64,000 nucleotides of DNA, from positions 682,001 to 746,000 of the forward strand of contig JAUFOR010000003.1 of the NCBI GenBank assembly GCA_040285745.1, written 5' to 3'. Position numbers and translations under genes: made by a program. Shown one piece after another: positions 9,244-19,653 of the stretch (positions within the stretch are counted from its first letter, which is position 1; every line of letters starts with the position of its first letter). The notes under the pieces are model-generated. The model was not told where the DNA came from, ran no database searches, and saw nothing but the letters and a program-made list of their open reading frames with translations. Source of the stretch: Barthelona sp. PCE (Eukaryota).

Positions 9244-10452
9244 ATGGATTATGAGCTGTTAGATACTCATGCGCTTGAGGGTCCCATTGTTGACACATTC
9301 ATGAATTTCTTAAAGGGTTGCAAAACTTGGGAAAGGAGATATGAAGAGTTAGAATTGGATTTCTCAGTTGATAGGATATTTTCGTGGTATGAAAGTATGA
9401 GTATTACAGAAATGCGTGCAATTCTTCCACGTATTTGTGTGGACTCGCGACTCACTTTGATAAGAGAGCGATACGACAATTTTTGCGATCAAATATTAAA
9501 CGATCTTCGTGAAAAATTTAGTAAGGACTCTGATTTCACGTTTTATGAAACCGTATTCCGTGATATTATTCGAACTGATAAATCTGGAAACTATTTGGCC
9601 GCGACTGCTGGATTATCCATTCTCATAGAGCGATTCTTTGGCGACATATTCACGTACTTCACAAGCTACCCACTGCCACATATGGTTTTGGATATGGTGA
9701 TGAGTCCCACGATGATTGGGCTGTTTGGTAGAAACAATGTGCTCTTGATATATACCCTATTATTTGATCCAAAGTCGATGAACATCAGGAATCTGCTTTG
9801 TCATGGCTTTATACGCGAAAACGAGACTTTTAAAGAATTCTTTTTTTACATATTTCGATTTTTGTTAGTTGCTTTAAAATTTATGGCTAGTTCCGTTCTT
9901 CCTATGAGTATAACCCGCCCATTTCAAGGATTTCATTCGGATTTTGCTCCTACAATCCTTCAGAAGATTAACAACATTTCCTATTTCCAAAAACCTGCTG
10001 AAGAACATATTTCCTTCTGCAAAACCATACAAGTCCTCGCCCAATTGGAGCGTAAAGTCCGTTTTATATACCTAAGCATGCATAATATTCCGGAGGTCAG
10101 CGATAGATTCTGGTATGCAAGGAAGTCTTGCTATTATTGCACTTTAGAAGCAATGACATCTCCGTTCCACGTCACGATGGACAATGAGCCCCCTCCGCTG
10201 TATTACAAGCCAGAAAACAGAGAGACAAAGAGTGAAAGAAATATCTTTGTGCAAGAATATAGTGGATACACAGGTCTGTTGGCTGATATAATCACATATC
10301 CACAGGGACTGCGTATTAGAACACACACAATGCACCTGAATTTTGATATCTACCATATTGGACAGAGTTTTCGGTTGGCAACAGGTTTACTAGAAATTAT
10401 CAATTTTTATCTTGAGCAACGAATGAAAGAACGCCTTCCGTCATCCGAGTGA
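9244..10452 (+). CDS. ERMARD/C6orf70 (DUF4209, HEPN-like) protein
   Basis: IERFFGDIF...PHMVLDM...PKSMNIRNLLCHGF and YPQGLRIRTHTMH match the two ERMARD blocks (LNLRNVLWHGF; GPRIRDHLSH). Confidence 0.75.
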   Translation: MDYELLDTHALEGPIVDTFMNFLKGCKTWERRYEELELDFSVDRIFSWYESMSITEMRAILPRICVDSRLTLIRERYDNFCDQILNDLREKFSKDSDFTFYETVFRDIIRTDKSGNYLAATAGLSILIERFFGDIFTYFTSYPLPHMVLDMVMSPTMIGLFGRNNVLLIYTLLFDPKSMNIRNLLCHGFIRENETFKEFFFYIFRFLLVALKFMASSVLPMSITRPFQGFHSDFAPTILQKINNISYFQKPAEEHISFCKTIQVLAQLERKVRFIYLSMHNIPEVSDRFWYARKSCYYCTLEAMTSPFHVTMDNEPPPLYYKPENRETKSERNIFVQEYSGYTGLLADIITYPQGLRIRTHTMHLNFDIYHIGQSFRLATGLLEIINFYLEQRMKERLPSSE

Positions 10453-11614
10453 GACCCTCGATAAGGGTGGTACGTCCACAGCTCAGATTTATGCGCATAC
10501 AGCCCTTCATTGAAGGACCGAACGCAGATCCACGTGTAACAGCAAGTTTATATTCGTCAACAAGAAATACTTCCAGCTCTGAGTCTCTGTCGCCTATATA
10601 CGCGCGGAGATCGCAGTGGAGCAGGAATGAACCCTGTGGCATAATGATTTTAGATTCAGGTAAACGCTCCAGTATGAAATCCTTTGTAAAAACCGACTGC
10701 TCCATATAGTATTCAATTAGGGTGTGGCGATACATCTCACATTCATCTGTGTACGCTGCTAGTGCAGCTTCATATGCAAATGGACTGAAAGCGTACTGAA
10801 GGTGAAGCTTTTTCATTTCACTGTAAAGCATATCTTTGTAACGAGCGTTTTTAGTTGTGATATAACTCAATAGGAGCCCTGGTACACCGTATGTCTTTGA
10901 TGGGGCCTGTAGTACGATATGGTCAGGATTGATGGACATCATGGAACACGTGTCAACATCAGGCTGGCAAAGATCTATGTGGATTTCATCACTGACTAGT
11001 GCAACACCGTTCTCGACACATATATCGTTGATTTCCTGTAACTGTTGAACAGAAAAGCATGTAAAAACAGGGTTATGCGGATTGACAAACATGAAAAGCT
11101 TGGGTTTCAAAGTCTCAATCGTAGATCTAAACAACTCCATGTCAAATTCCAATTTTCCTCCATATTTGGAGTTGTCATACGTGATACCGTACTTAAATTC
11201 GTGCAGACGACGATTGTTTTCGTGAATAATTGAACGAAAGGGACCATAACATGGCTCAAGAGTTAGCACATCTTCATCTTCTTTGGTTAGTGTTTGCACA
11301 CACAAAGAAAGCGAAAATAGTATATTGATTGATAGTATTATTTCCTCTGGAGTGAATTTTACCCCATGGCGTTTGTGCAAAACTGTTGAAATATTTGGAA
11401 TCAACTGAGTCGGTGTGTTTGTATATCCATATGTGAGTCTCTCTGCACGCTTTGTGATTGCATTAGCGATGGGAGGCGGAACTGGAACACAGCTATCGGC
11501 AACAGACAAGGAAATAGTATCCTCAGGCCTGATTTCGTTGAATCTTTCGTATTTTGCGCAATAATTACCTCTTGTTAAGCCCTGAAACAACTGTTCCTTG
11601 TACTCTTCTGTCAT
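10400..11614 (-). CDS. PLP-dependent C-S lyase, MalY/PatB (cystathionine beta-lyase) family
   Basis: LSVADS, YGYT, NPHNP, SDEIHIDL, PLP-lysine APSKTY and MRINL motifs. First ATG at 11614 (MTEEYK). Confidence 0.88.
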   Translation of the reverse strand: MTEEYKEQLFQGLTRGNYCAKYERFNEIRPEDTISLSVADSCVPVPPPIANAITKRAERLTYGYTNTPTQLIPNISTVLHKRHGVKFTPEEIILSINILFSLSLCVQTLTKEDEDVLTLEPCYGPFRSIIHENNRRLHEFKYGITYDNSKYGGKLEFDMELFRSTIETLKPKLFMFVNPHNPVFTCFSVQQLQEINDICVENGVALVSDEIHIDLCQPDVDTCSMMSINPDHIVLQAPSKTYGVPGLLLSYITTKNARYKDMLYSEMKKLHLQYAFSPFAYEAALAAYTDECEMYRHTLIEYYMEQSVFTKDFILERLPESKIIMPQGSFLLHCDLRAYIGDRDSELEVFLVDEYKLAVTRGSAFGPSMKGCMRINLSCGRTTLIEGLTRMTEGVLSFVAQDKN

Positions 11615-12564
11615 TTTCTTATGTAAAGAGTTGGTAAAGAGGTGATAAAAATAGAAACATTTCAATTACTGTAATTTTACGGTAGCTGCGTGATCGGACT
11701 AGATCTATCCCTCCTTTGATAATTATCAATTGAAAATAGAAAATAGCGTTATCAACGAAGTATCATCAAACTCTACGAACAGTGTTAATAATACAACATA
11801 TTCTTATTTTAGGAGGAAGTAGATCCAACTCACTCATACCATGGAAAAGAGAATTAAAAAGAAAATAAAGGTAAAAGAAAATTTAATCATTCGAATAACA
11901 TTTTCCCTTATAATTAAAACAGACCTCAGCTAATAAAACACATTTTATCCATAAATATTTTATTCAATTTCTTCAATTTTGAAGATTTGAAGATTTGATT
12001 GCAATCACAATCAAAAAAAGTACTTTACTTTTATAGTTACATATGAACTATGTTGAGGCTCTCAACACATCATTTTTCACCATTTTTTTGCCTGGTTAAA
12101 ATATTTCTCATCAACTATGGATATTTCAATGATTTATTTAACAGGAGGATGTTTATAAACACAAAACAAAACAGATACAAGTAATATATCATTTCATCGA
12201 AGTATATAGATATTTTTCTCAATTTTTTTAAATACATACATTTAAAGATATTTAGTAGGTTATATTATTGTGAAGTACACGAACAAGTACCAGTCTCCGT
12301 GAATTTTACTTGTAAATAAAGATCTTGGCACTGTTGAAGAAAAGCATAATCATTCAAAAAAATATTTGCTGTTAAATTTCTAACTTTTACTGTTTGTCAA
12401 GAAGACATTTCGGACACAAAGGCCTTTATAAAGGAAGAAAACTATCAAATCACCGAAATATGCGAAAAAAAATTTCCAAAGCGATTAATTTCACTAATTC
12501 CCATTTAACCAAACCTTGCCCCAATATAATACTGCCTCAAAGGTAAGATGAAACCGTGATTGCA

Positions 12565-12609
12565 ACACACACACACACAAATGAACAAGAAGAAGCAAAT
12601 GAACAAGAA
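12565..12609. repeat. Short (CA)n microsatellite followed by a duplicated AAATGAACAAGAA
   Basis: acacacacacacaca, then aaatgaacaagaa twice, read directly from the intergenic sequence. Confidence 0.7.
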
Positions 12610-12791
12610 TGCGCTGACATTATGAATTAAATGATGAAGATAAACAATATTTCATGACAGGTGAATATATACATAATCAAAACAACGTAAATATCAAAAA
12701 TGCCCATTGTAATATTTCAATTGTGTAACATCACAACATATGAGAAAGGTGAAAAAAGTGTTTTGGTGTATTTCATTCTATTTCTATTCAC

Positions 12792-15206
12792 ATGCTAAAC
12801 CAAAGCAGAGTTCCTCCTTCACAGGACCGGTTAATACCTAATGAAGAAGCGAAAAAGTCTAAAAAAGCAGTCAAACAGCATTTATTCCAACAGTTAGCGA
12901 TTACTATCGCTGTTCTACTTGCTTTTGTGGTTTGGGGCTTCGCAATCAATTCAGAGAACACCAGTTCTTCACCAGTACCTTCATCTGAGGTAGAGATAAA
13001 AGAAGATATGGATTTGATTAAAGATTTGTTCCACATTCCGCACGTTTTCACATCTCCTGAATGGAACAGGGTACAAAATGAACTGCTGAACATGACACAG
13101 TCTCTCCAATCCAATGCTCAATGGGATTATGCAGTTACTTTTCAGACTGCTGATAACATTACTCACTTCCACTTGCCAGGAAAATTTGCTTATACCAGTA
13201 ACTATCTCGCCGTTAACGTGTCCAACATTATTGTCACAATGTGCCCAAAGGGCTTGACTGGTGAAAAACGCTATGTAGGTGTCAACGCACACTATGACTC
13301 ATCTGGTTATGCGCCTGGGACAGCTGATGACGGAGTCCATATTTTGAGCATCATCAGGGCTGCAGAATGGCTTCTCACGCAGGACTCAGCAGATTACAAG
13401 AGATGCTTCTTAGGTTTATTGAACGGAAATGAGGAAGAGGGTTTGCTTGGTGCCCAGGCTTTTATGGCGCATGACCTTGCGTCGAAGACGGACATGTTCC
13501 TCAACCTCGAGAGCGGAGCTTCACGTGGTGAAGTTATGAGTATCTTTAGAGCTTCGAATAAGGCCAGCAATTTTTTCTTAAAAACAAAACCTGGTGATTT
13601 TAAATACGTTCCGTTGACAGCTGATATCTTCAACAAGGGACTTGTTCCCTCAGGAACAGATGCAGCTGTCTTTGAGAGCTTTGGGTTGGAGTTCCTTGAT
13701 GCAGCTCAATTACATGGTCGATACGATTACCATACACCCAATGATGATTTCAACGAATTTTCCGAGGGACTGTTTTATAATTCTATCCATTGCGTTAAGA
13801 AGTTTACAATCGGTGCTATGAAGTACACTGCTGATGATGAGATGTTCACTGATGATGCATCACAAATTATCAACTTCGGTTTTATCCGTATCCCTATGCC
13901 AACCTGGTTAACTGCAGTTATCCTTCTGGTCTTGGGTGCATATGTGATATATCTTGAGACAGTTGACGCTGGCTGCATTCCGAAGATGCTCAGCATGGTT
14001 GTCTTCAGACCACTTGGTCAGTTTGTTGTCTTTCTGTTCTTGATGTTGGTCTATTCATTCATCCTTGGCATGTTAGGACCCTATAGATGGGTTAACGGTG
14101 CTGCTTATCTATTCCCCACGGCTCTTTACGCTTGCTTTTTGCTTTGGGTCTTCGGGCCTTTTGATGTAATCTTGTTAGTGTTCTACATTCTCTTTTTGAC
14201 TATGGGTATGTACGTCCATAACTTCTTCTTTGCTCTGTTTCTGATGCTTGTTGGAAGAATTGTTTTACTCAAAATTCCAAAGTGGCGTTACGCTTTTGCT
14301 CTTGTCTTCTGTTTGATTCAGTGCTTCCAGATCAACTTCTTTGTCGATTTGATGACGCAAGTTTTTTATTCCAGCTTGAACGCACAAGGATCACCTGAGC
14401 TGATTGTCCAGTTGGCAGTAGCAATATTCTCTCTCTTTTTCGGATCAGTATTCCTTCTACTAAGCGATAACATGGTTGATAAGAAGCGCAAATGGGATGC
14501 AAAAGACTTTGTGAAGAGGATTATGGATTCCAAGATCTTATGGATCACCGCCCATGTTTTGTTGTTAGTTGTCATTATTATTGGCCACGTAAACGTTGAC
14601 GTTGCTCCGTTTACCGACGCAAATGCTGTCAAAGCACACTTGTCTTTGGTATTGGAGGATGGAAACTCCCGCCTGTTCTTCGTAGAACCGACTGCAACTG
14701 ATTTTAAGTTCTGTGACGCCATGGAAGGTTATGAACGATGCAAATACCCGATGGCCATGTACGGTGAGGTAGACGGGTGTTGCAAACCTCTTCCAGGGTT
14801 TCCCATCACTGTTCAGCGACCAAACATTACGGTTAACCGAGTCACAACAGGAGATAACGTCAACGTATCAGTTAGCATGATCTCTGACGCGTGGAAGATG
14901 TCTGTTCGTGTGTTTACAGAGGATGGTGTCCTTACACATAATTCAGCTTGCAACTGTACATACAGCGAGCTTCCCACTCAGGCAGATTTCAAGATCAACA
15001 CGTACCCAGGTGAGCAGTTTGAGTTCTATGCAACGTTCGATAATGTTCCTGCATCGACTAGTATCACAGTTGAAGTGTTTGCTTCATATTTTAATATTCC
15101 TACAGAGTTGCAGAACGAAGTTGACGCACTTCCTCGTGGTGTCGAACCATTTATGAAGGCTTCCAGGCACGGTCCGATGGTCAGCCACCATGAACTGACT
15201 GTTTAG
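12792..15206 (+). CDS. ER membrane metallopeptidase, M28 family (ERMP1/FXNA-like)
   Basis: N-terminal TM, then NAHYDS, GTADDG, NGNEEEGLLGA, FLNLES, PSGTD and YHTPND M28 motifs, then a multi-TM region and a luminal C-terminal domain. Confidence 0.9.
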   Translation: MLNQSRVPPSQDRLIPNEEAKKSKKAVKQHLFQQLAITIAVLLAFVVWGFAINSENTSSSPVPSSEVEIKEDMDLIKDLFHIPHVFTSPEWNRVQNELLNMTQSLQSNAQWDYAVTFQTADNITHFHLPGKFAYTSNYLAVNVSNIIVTMCPKGLTGEKRYVGVNAHYDSSGYAPGTADDGVHILSIIRAAEWLLTQDSADYKRCFLGLLNGNEEEGLLGAQAFMAHDLASKTDMFLNLESGASRGEVMSIFRASNKASNFFLKTKPGDFKYVPLTADIFNKGLVPSGTDAAVFESFGLEFLDAAQLHGRYDYHTPNDDFNEFSEGLFYNSIHCVKKFTIGAMKYTADDEMFTDDASQIINFGFIRIPMPTWLTAVILLVLGAYVIYLETVDAGCIPKMLSMVVFRPLGQFVVFLFLMLVYSFILGMLGPYRWVNGAAYLFPTALYACFLLWVFGPFDVILLVFYILFLTMGMYVHNFFFALFLMLVGRIVLLKIPKWRYAFALVFCLIQCFQINFFVDLMTQVFYSSLNAQGSPELIVQLAVAIFSLFFGSVFLLLSDNMVDKKRKWDAKDFVKRIMDSKILWITAHVLLLVVIIIGHVNVDVAPFTDANAVKAHLSLVLEDGNSRLFFVEPTATDFKFCDAMEGYERCKYPMAMYGEVDGCCKPLPGFPITVQRPNITVNRVTTGDNVNVSVSMISDAWKMSVRVFTEDGVLTHNSACNCTYSELPTQADFKINTYPGEQFEFYATFDNVPASTSITVEVFASYFNIPTELQNEVDALPRGVEPFMKASRHGPMVSHHELTV

Positions 15207-15535
15207 AGCTGAATAAAAAAAATTTGTTAAGATAGGGTTGTAGTGAACTTTTGACTCAGTAACTGTGGATTTAGCAGAGTTTTTGATATCAGCTGATACT
15301 ATGTTTTGTTTCAAACATCTGATTCAAGAGAAAAGAAAATGAATGAATGTGCTTGTGCAGATTTTGTTTGAAAATCAAAGATGATGAGCGGAATGATGCG
15401 AAATCCCACCCACTCTGTGTTTGACGTAAATATAAAAGTCGTTTCGCTTTTTTTTTCCATTTATAGGGCTTTATAGTATAATGAGCATTGCGATAACACG
15501 ATAGAAAGTACATAATAGGAGCCTGACAAGCAATA

Positions 15536-18500
15536 ATGAACAACGCAGAGGATATGTTTTCATATTTTGAGTATCCAAAGGATCCAGAGGGTCGTTTTCC
15601 CATCAGAGAGTACCAAAAGCGCATATCACACACTGCATTGCGATACAATACTCTTGTTATTTTGCCGACGGGCCTGGGGAAAACACTGATTGCAGCGGTA
15701 GTTATGAAGAACATGATTCGATGGTTTTCGAACAACAGCATCATCATCTTTATTGTGCCAACTGTAGCGCTGGTGGAGCAGCAAATGAACGCATGTCACT
15801 CATACGTCCAGTTTGATCCATCTATTTTATGTCAGATGACTGCATCAATTCAGAGCGGGAAGCGTCAGGCGCTCTGGGACACCCGCCGTATATTTTTCGC
15901 AACCCCTCAGATCATTGCGAACGAGATGAGCTCAGGCCGGTGTCCTGTCGATCGTGTGTCACTTGTTGTATTTGATGAATGCCATCATGCAACGAAGAAG
16001 CATGCATATGTTAACGTTGTCAAGCATATACAGCGTGTGAAGTCGGAATTCCGTGTTTTAGCGCTTAGCGCGACACCTTCATCATCATTGGACGGCTTCA
16101 TGGATCTGTGTGAGGTGCTGTTAATTGAGAAGTTGGAGTTACGTACAGAGCGATCTGTTGATCTCGTGGAATACGTGAAGGAGCGCCAAATATACCAGAT
16201 ACCAGCAGATTTTGGGTCGAACGACACTTTGAAGATTCTGTATGATAAGGTCATCAGTCTCATGAATGAGCAGGCAAAGTTTCTGAAGGACAACAAGATA
16301 CTGGATGGGTGCAGGGATGTATCGGCGTTAACAAACGGCAGAATCATAACAATGCGTAGATTTTTCGACACAACACACAAGAAAGCTATAGTAAGCGAAC
16401 ATCAGAAGAAGTTTCACAGGAAGGTCTACACTTTATTTAATAGGCTGGGCGATTTAGCTCGTCTGAAGGAGTCTTTGCTCTTGCACGGGTTCTGGATGAG
16501 CTCGAATACAGCATCGCGCATCGATGTTACTATGAAGTATGCAGAAAGTTATGCACTGTTTTGTCAAGTTAGGAATGAGTTAGCTGACTTAAAGACAGCT
16601 TCAGATGTGTCTCATCCGAAAATACAGGCAACAGTGGAGTTTGTGACGTCTTTTTTTGAGGAGAACGCTGAATTAATGCGTTCAGATGGAAAAGTTTTAA
16701 TTTTCACTCGGTTTCTCGGTTCATTATTTGAGCTCAAGAAGGCATTTGAGGTATTTAATCATCCTTTGATGAAAGTCGATGTTTTCATGGGACAGTCCTC
16801 GTCGGACGGTAACTGGCAACCACAAACTAGAAAACAACAGCAAGAAACAATCAATCGCTTCAGAAATAACGAGAGAAATATTTTAATCGTGACCAGTGTA
16901 GGTGAAGAGGGGTTGGACATACCTAATGTGGATCTTGCGGTGCTTTTTGATTGTAACAAGTCTCCCATATCTCTGATACAGCGCTTCGGCCGTTGTGGTC
17001 GTGTTCGCAGAGGTCATGTCGCTCTTTTACACATAGCAAATACGCCAGGGTACGATTCCAACGAGCTGGAGGCGTTTAAGACAGCGCAGCGTCGTTATTT
17101 TAGCATTATGAAGGAGGCACCCAAGGTTTTCAAGCCGTTCAAAAATTTCTCGCATTTGGTTCCACGGCGTCGCATGCGGCCGAAATACGTCCAGTATGTG
17201 CCGCAACAGATTGATGAGAGATATGTTCGGGGGCGGACGAGTCGTGGTGGGAGACAGACGAACCTGGTGCCGAGAGAGGAATTGGCTAATTTTAATCTGT
17301 TTTTCGACAAGCACACCGAAATAGTTGAGGAAGAGTACGGGATGTCATCCGCGATGAAGTCATTCTTTAATTTCAAGACGAAGAGTACGATCGGGACGAC
17401 GGAGATTGCAGCCAGGATGTCTGAGCTTTTTTTCTTCAAATCAGTTCAACCCGCAGCTGTTGAGATCGGCGAAGGCGAGTTCAACGTCGGGTCCAACCGC
17501 AACGACGAGAAGATGGCGACGTTTGCTCTTTCACAAATTTCACTTGAGAGGAAACATAAGAAGAAGAAGAAAAAGCAGAACACTCTAATGAGCTCAGGGT
17601 TCATAAAGCAGGCGTTCAAGTACCGCAGCGGCTCGATTTCAAGCGAAGAGTCACTTCTTCAACCACACGCACCGGTTTTAGTTGCAGATGACATTGAGTT
17701 CTTAGATCCAGTCACAATAACCCAGATCACACAACAGCCCGCGAACGCGTCGCAGCGGAAGTTCATTGTTATCAGTTCGGACAGCTTTATATCCAGACAA
17801 ATGTCGAGTCAAAGGCGGCCGCTGACACAGGCGAAGAGCAAAGGTTATATTGAGAGCCTCAGTAGTAGCTCAGCTAGCGAGCACGCGAGACCTGCAAAGA
17901 TGGAAGCAGTTCCAGGTAGTGAACCACGGTTGATATTGGATAAACCCTTTTCTCCAATGTCTCCGATTGATTCTGATGTCGAAGATGTGCACATGGAGCC
18001 TATTTCACCCATTAGATCACCGTTAAGTCGAAAAAAAAAGAGAACCGCGAAGGATTTTGCACCGATCTCACCAATAAGTTTTACACTGGATACTCCAAAT
18101 CGGCGTAAAAAGCAGAAACTACCCGCAAAGAGCACAAGGCTCACATTTTCTCTGATTCCTGCAGCAGCGTTCCACTGGTATGATACTTCAGAAGTTATGA
18201 TTGACATTGATGATCGTGAGCGGACCCCGCTCATATCAATGCTCATGGACTTTGCATCCATACGCACCTCTCGCCTGCTTCATGGTGACTACATCATTAA
18301 CAAGCAAATATACATTGAACGGAAGACAATGTCTGACTTTATGGGAACGTTGTTTGGAAATCGTTTGTTTACACAGTGTTTTGCACTGAAATCAAACTAT
18401 GCATCTAGCTTTTTATTGCTCGAATATGGTAAGGGACCAGCACAAAACAATGTTTCAAGTTACACAGGAGCTCTTGCTTCGTTGGCAAAGCATGATATTA

Positions 18501-18817
18501 GAATTATTTGTGTCAAGGATGAAAGCGGTTCGTTTTCGCTGTTTAAGAGTATTTCAAAGACCATTAACGAAAAGGTGATTGAAAAACAGCGACCTGTGTT
18601 GAAGAAAAATGAAGAAGCGGATACACGTAAGAAGAAAATTGGATTCGTCGCGAGTATTCAAGGCGTTAGTGTTAGCAAAGCAAAACAAATGTTGCAAGCG
18701 TTTGAGTACAATATAGCCAAACTTCTTCAGTCTAATTGGGTAGAATTCGCTACAAAGGTACCAAACAGTAACAAGAGGATGTTTAACGCAATGAAAAAGG
18801 CACACAAACTGAAATAA
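15536..18817 (+). CDS. FANCM: FANCM/Mph1/Hef DEAH helicase with C-terminal ERCC4 nuclease and HhH domains
   Basis: REYQ, LPTGLGKT, DECHHA, LSATP, TSVGEEGLDI and QRFGRCGR helicase motifs; C-terminal DDRE...GDY...ERKTMSD; IQGVS HhH-like segment. Confidence 0.92.
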   Translation: MNNAEDMFSYFEYPKDPEGRFPIREYQKRISHTALRYNTLVILPTGLGKTLIAAVVMKNMIRWFSNNSIIIFIVPTVALVEQQMNACHSYVQFDPSILCQMTASIQSGKRQALWDTRRIFFATPQIIANEMSSGRCPVDRVSLVVFDECHHATKKHAYVNVVKHIQRVKSEFRVLALSATPSSSLDGFMDLCEVLLIEKLELRTERSVDLVEYVKERQIYQIPADFGSNDTLKILYDKVISLMNEQAKFLKDNKILDGCRDVSALTNGRIITMRRFFDTTHKKAIVSEHQKKFHRKVYTLFNRLGDLARLKESLLLHGFWMSSNTASRIDVTMKYAESYALFCQVRNELADLKTASDVSHPKIQATVEFVTSFFEENAELMRSDGKVLIFTRFLGSLFELKKAFEVFNHPLMKVDVFMGQSSSDGNWQPQTRKQQQETINRFRNNERNILIVTSVGEEGLDIPNVDLAVLFDCNKSPISLIQRFGRCGRVRRGHVALLHIANTPGYDSNELEAFKTAQRRYFSIMKEAPKVFKPFKNFSHLVPRRRMRPKYVQYVPQQIDERYVRGRTSRGGRQTNLVPREELANFNLFFDKHTEIVEEEYGMSSAMKSFFNFKTKSTIGTTEIAARMSELFFFKSVQPAAVEIGEGEFNVGSNRNDEKMATFALSQISLERKHKKKKKKQNTLMSSGFIKQAFKYRSGSISSEESLLQPHAPVLVADDIEFLDPVTITQITQQPANASQRKFIVISSDSFISRQMSSQRRPLTQAKSKGYIESLSSSSASEHARPAKMEAVPGSEPRLILDKPFSPMSPIDSDVEDVHMEPISPIRSPLSRKKKRTAKDFAPISPISFTLDTPNRRKKQKLPAKSTRLTFSLIPAAAFHWYDTSEVMIDIDDRERTPLISMLMDFASIRTSRLLHGDYIINKQIYIERKTMSDFMGTLFGNRLFTQCFALKSNYASSFLLLEYGKGPAQNNVSSYTGALASLAKHDIRIICVKDESGSFSLFKSISKTINEKVIEKQRPVLKKNEEADTRKKKIGFVASIQGVSVSKAKQMLQAFEYNIAKLLQSNWVEFATKVPNSNKRMFNAMKKAHKLK

Positions 18818-18826
18818 ACAAGGTTA

Positions 18827-19588
18827 TTACAGAGTGAATTGTTGCGTTTGAGCAGCCCTTTTCTCCAGCTCAGTCTTAAATATCTCGTACAGCTGCTGAC
18901 ATGCGTGCACAGCGGTGTCGATCAGACCATGGGTAGGTTTTGTGATCTCCTGCACTGGTAGTCTTCCTTGTAAAAAGGTGGCTGAAACAACCTTAAGGTT
19001 TGGAAGATATGCGAGCGTTAAAAAGCAAGCATTGTTCTCCTCCGATACAATAGGGTCGACGAAAACACCGTTCTCCATCAGTGGATTCTGAGAGAAACGA
19101 AGCACAGAAGTTGCAACGAGGAGATCCTTCATTGGAACCCCTGCGTCAATTAGAGCAAGGATGCATGCGTTTAACATGGCTGCAACCAGTGCTCCGTCCT
19201 CTTGGATAACGAGAATGTCGATGGTGATCTGTGAATGAGGTTGAGAGAGAATAAGCACACTCTTCAGAGTTGATTTAAGGTTTGAAATGTGGCTCTGTGC
19301 AACTCCCCTAGCAATGTTTCTATCTAACAGTGTTGTTTGCGAAAATGAAGCAAGTTCAATGTTGATAATGAGGTCAGTGTGCATATCAAATACTTCTGTT
19401 CTCCTCTGACGTTCGCTTGGGCCCGTTACACATGCTTCTATGACTGTTCCACCCTGTCTGTAACGTACAGAACCATCAATCTCTGGGAGTGCAGTGAAAC
19501 CCATCTCGAATTCAGGAATTCTGAATTCTTTTGGACGTCTACCGTCGATTCTAAGCCCCGCTGGTGTAAATTTCTCAATAGAATTCAT
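18827..19588 (-). CDS. RRP41: Exosome complex component RRP41
   Basis: GLRIDGRRPKEFR, DGS...QGGTVIEACVTGP, PHSQITIDILVIQEDG and NACILALIDAGVPMKD. Confidence 0.92.
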   Translation of the reverse strand: MNSIEKFTPAGLRIDGRRPKEFRIPEFEMGFTALPEIDGSVRYRQGGTVIEACVTGPSERQRRTEVFDMHTDLIINIELASFSQTTLLDRNIARGVAQSHISNLKSTLKSVLILSQPHSQITIDILVIQEDGALVAAMLNACILALIDAGVPMKDLLVATSVLRFSQNPLMENGVFVDPIVSEENNACFLTLAYLPNLKVVSATFLQGRLPVQEITKPTHGLIDTAVHACQQLYEIFKTELEKRAAQTQQFTL

Positions 19589-19653
19589 TGAAAAGAGTTA
19601 AGTTTGTGTATTTGCATTAAAATCTCATCTTAGCAATATTGGGCCAATGTATC

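Noticed and set aside
15380-15526. ATGATGA ... CTGA as a possible C/D box snoRNA upstream of FANCM
   Set aside because: I saw no terminal stem or recognisable rRNA-complementary guide, and short boxes arise by chance. An Rfam/snoscan run would be needed.
274-19588. Two exosome subunits, SF3B6 and a HEPN-like gene as a functional RNA-processing cluster
   Set aside because: They are separated by unrelated genes, and this co-occurrence is plausible by chance in a compact genome.
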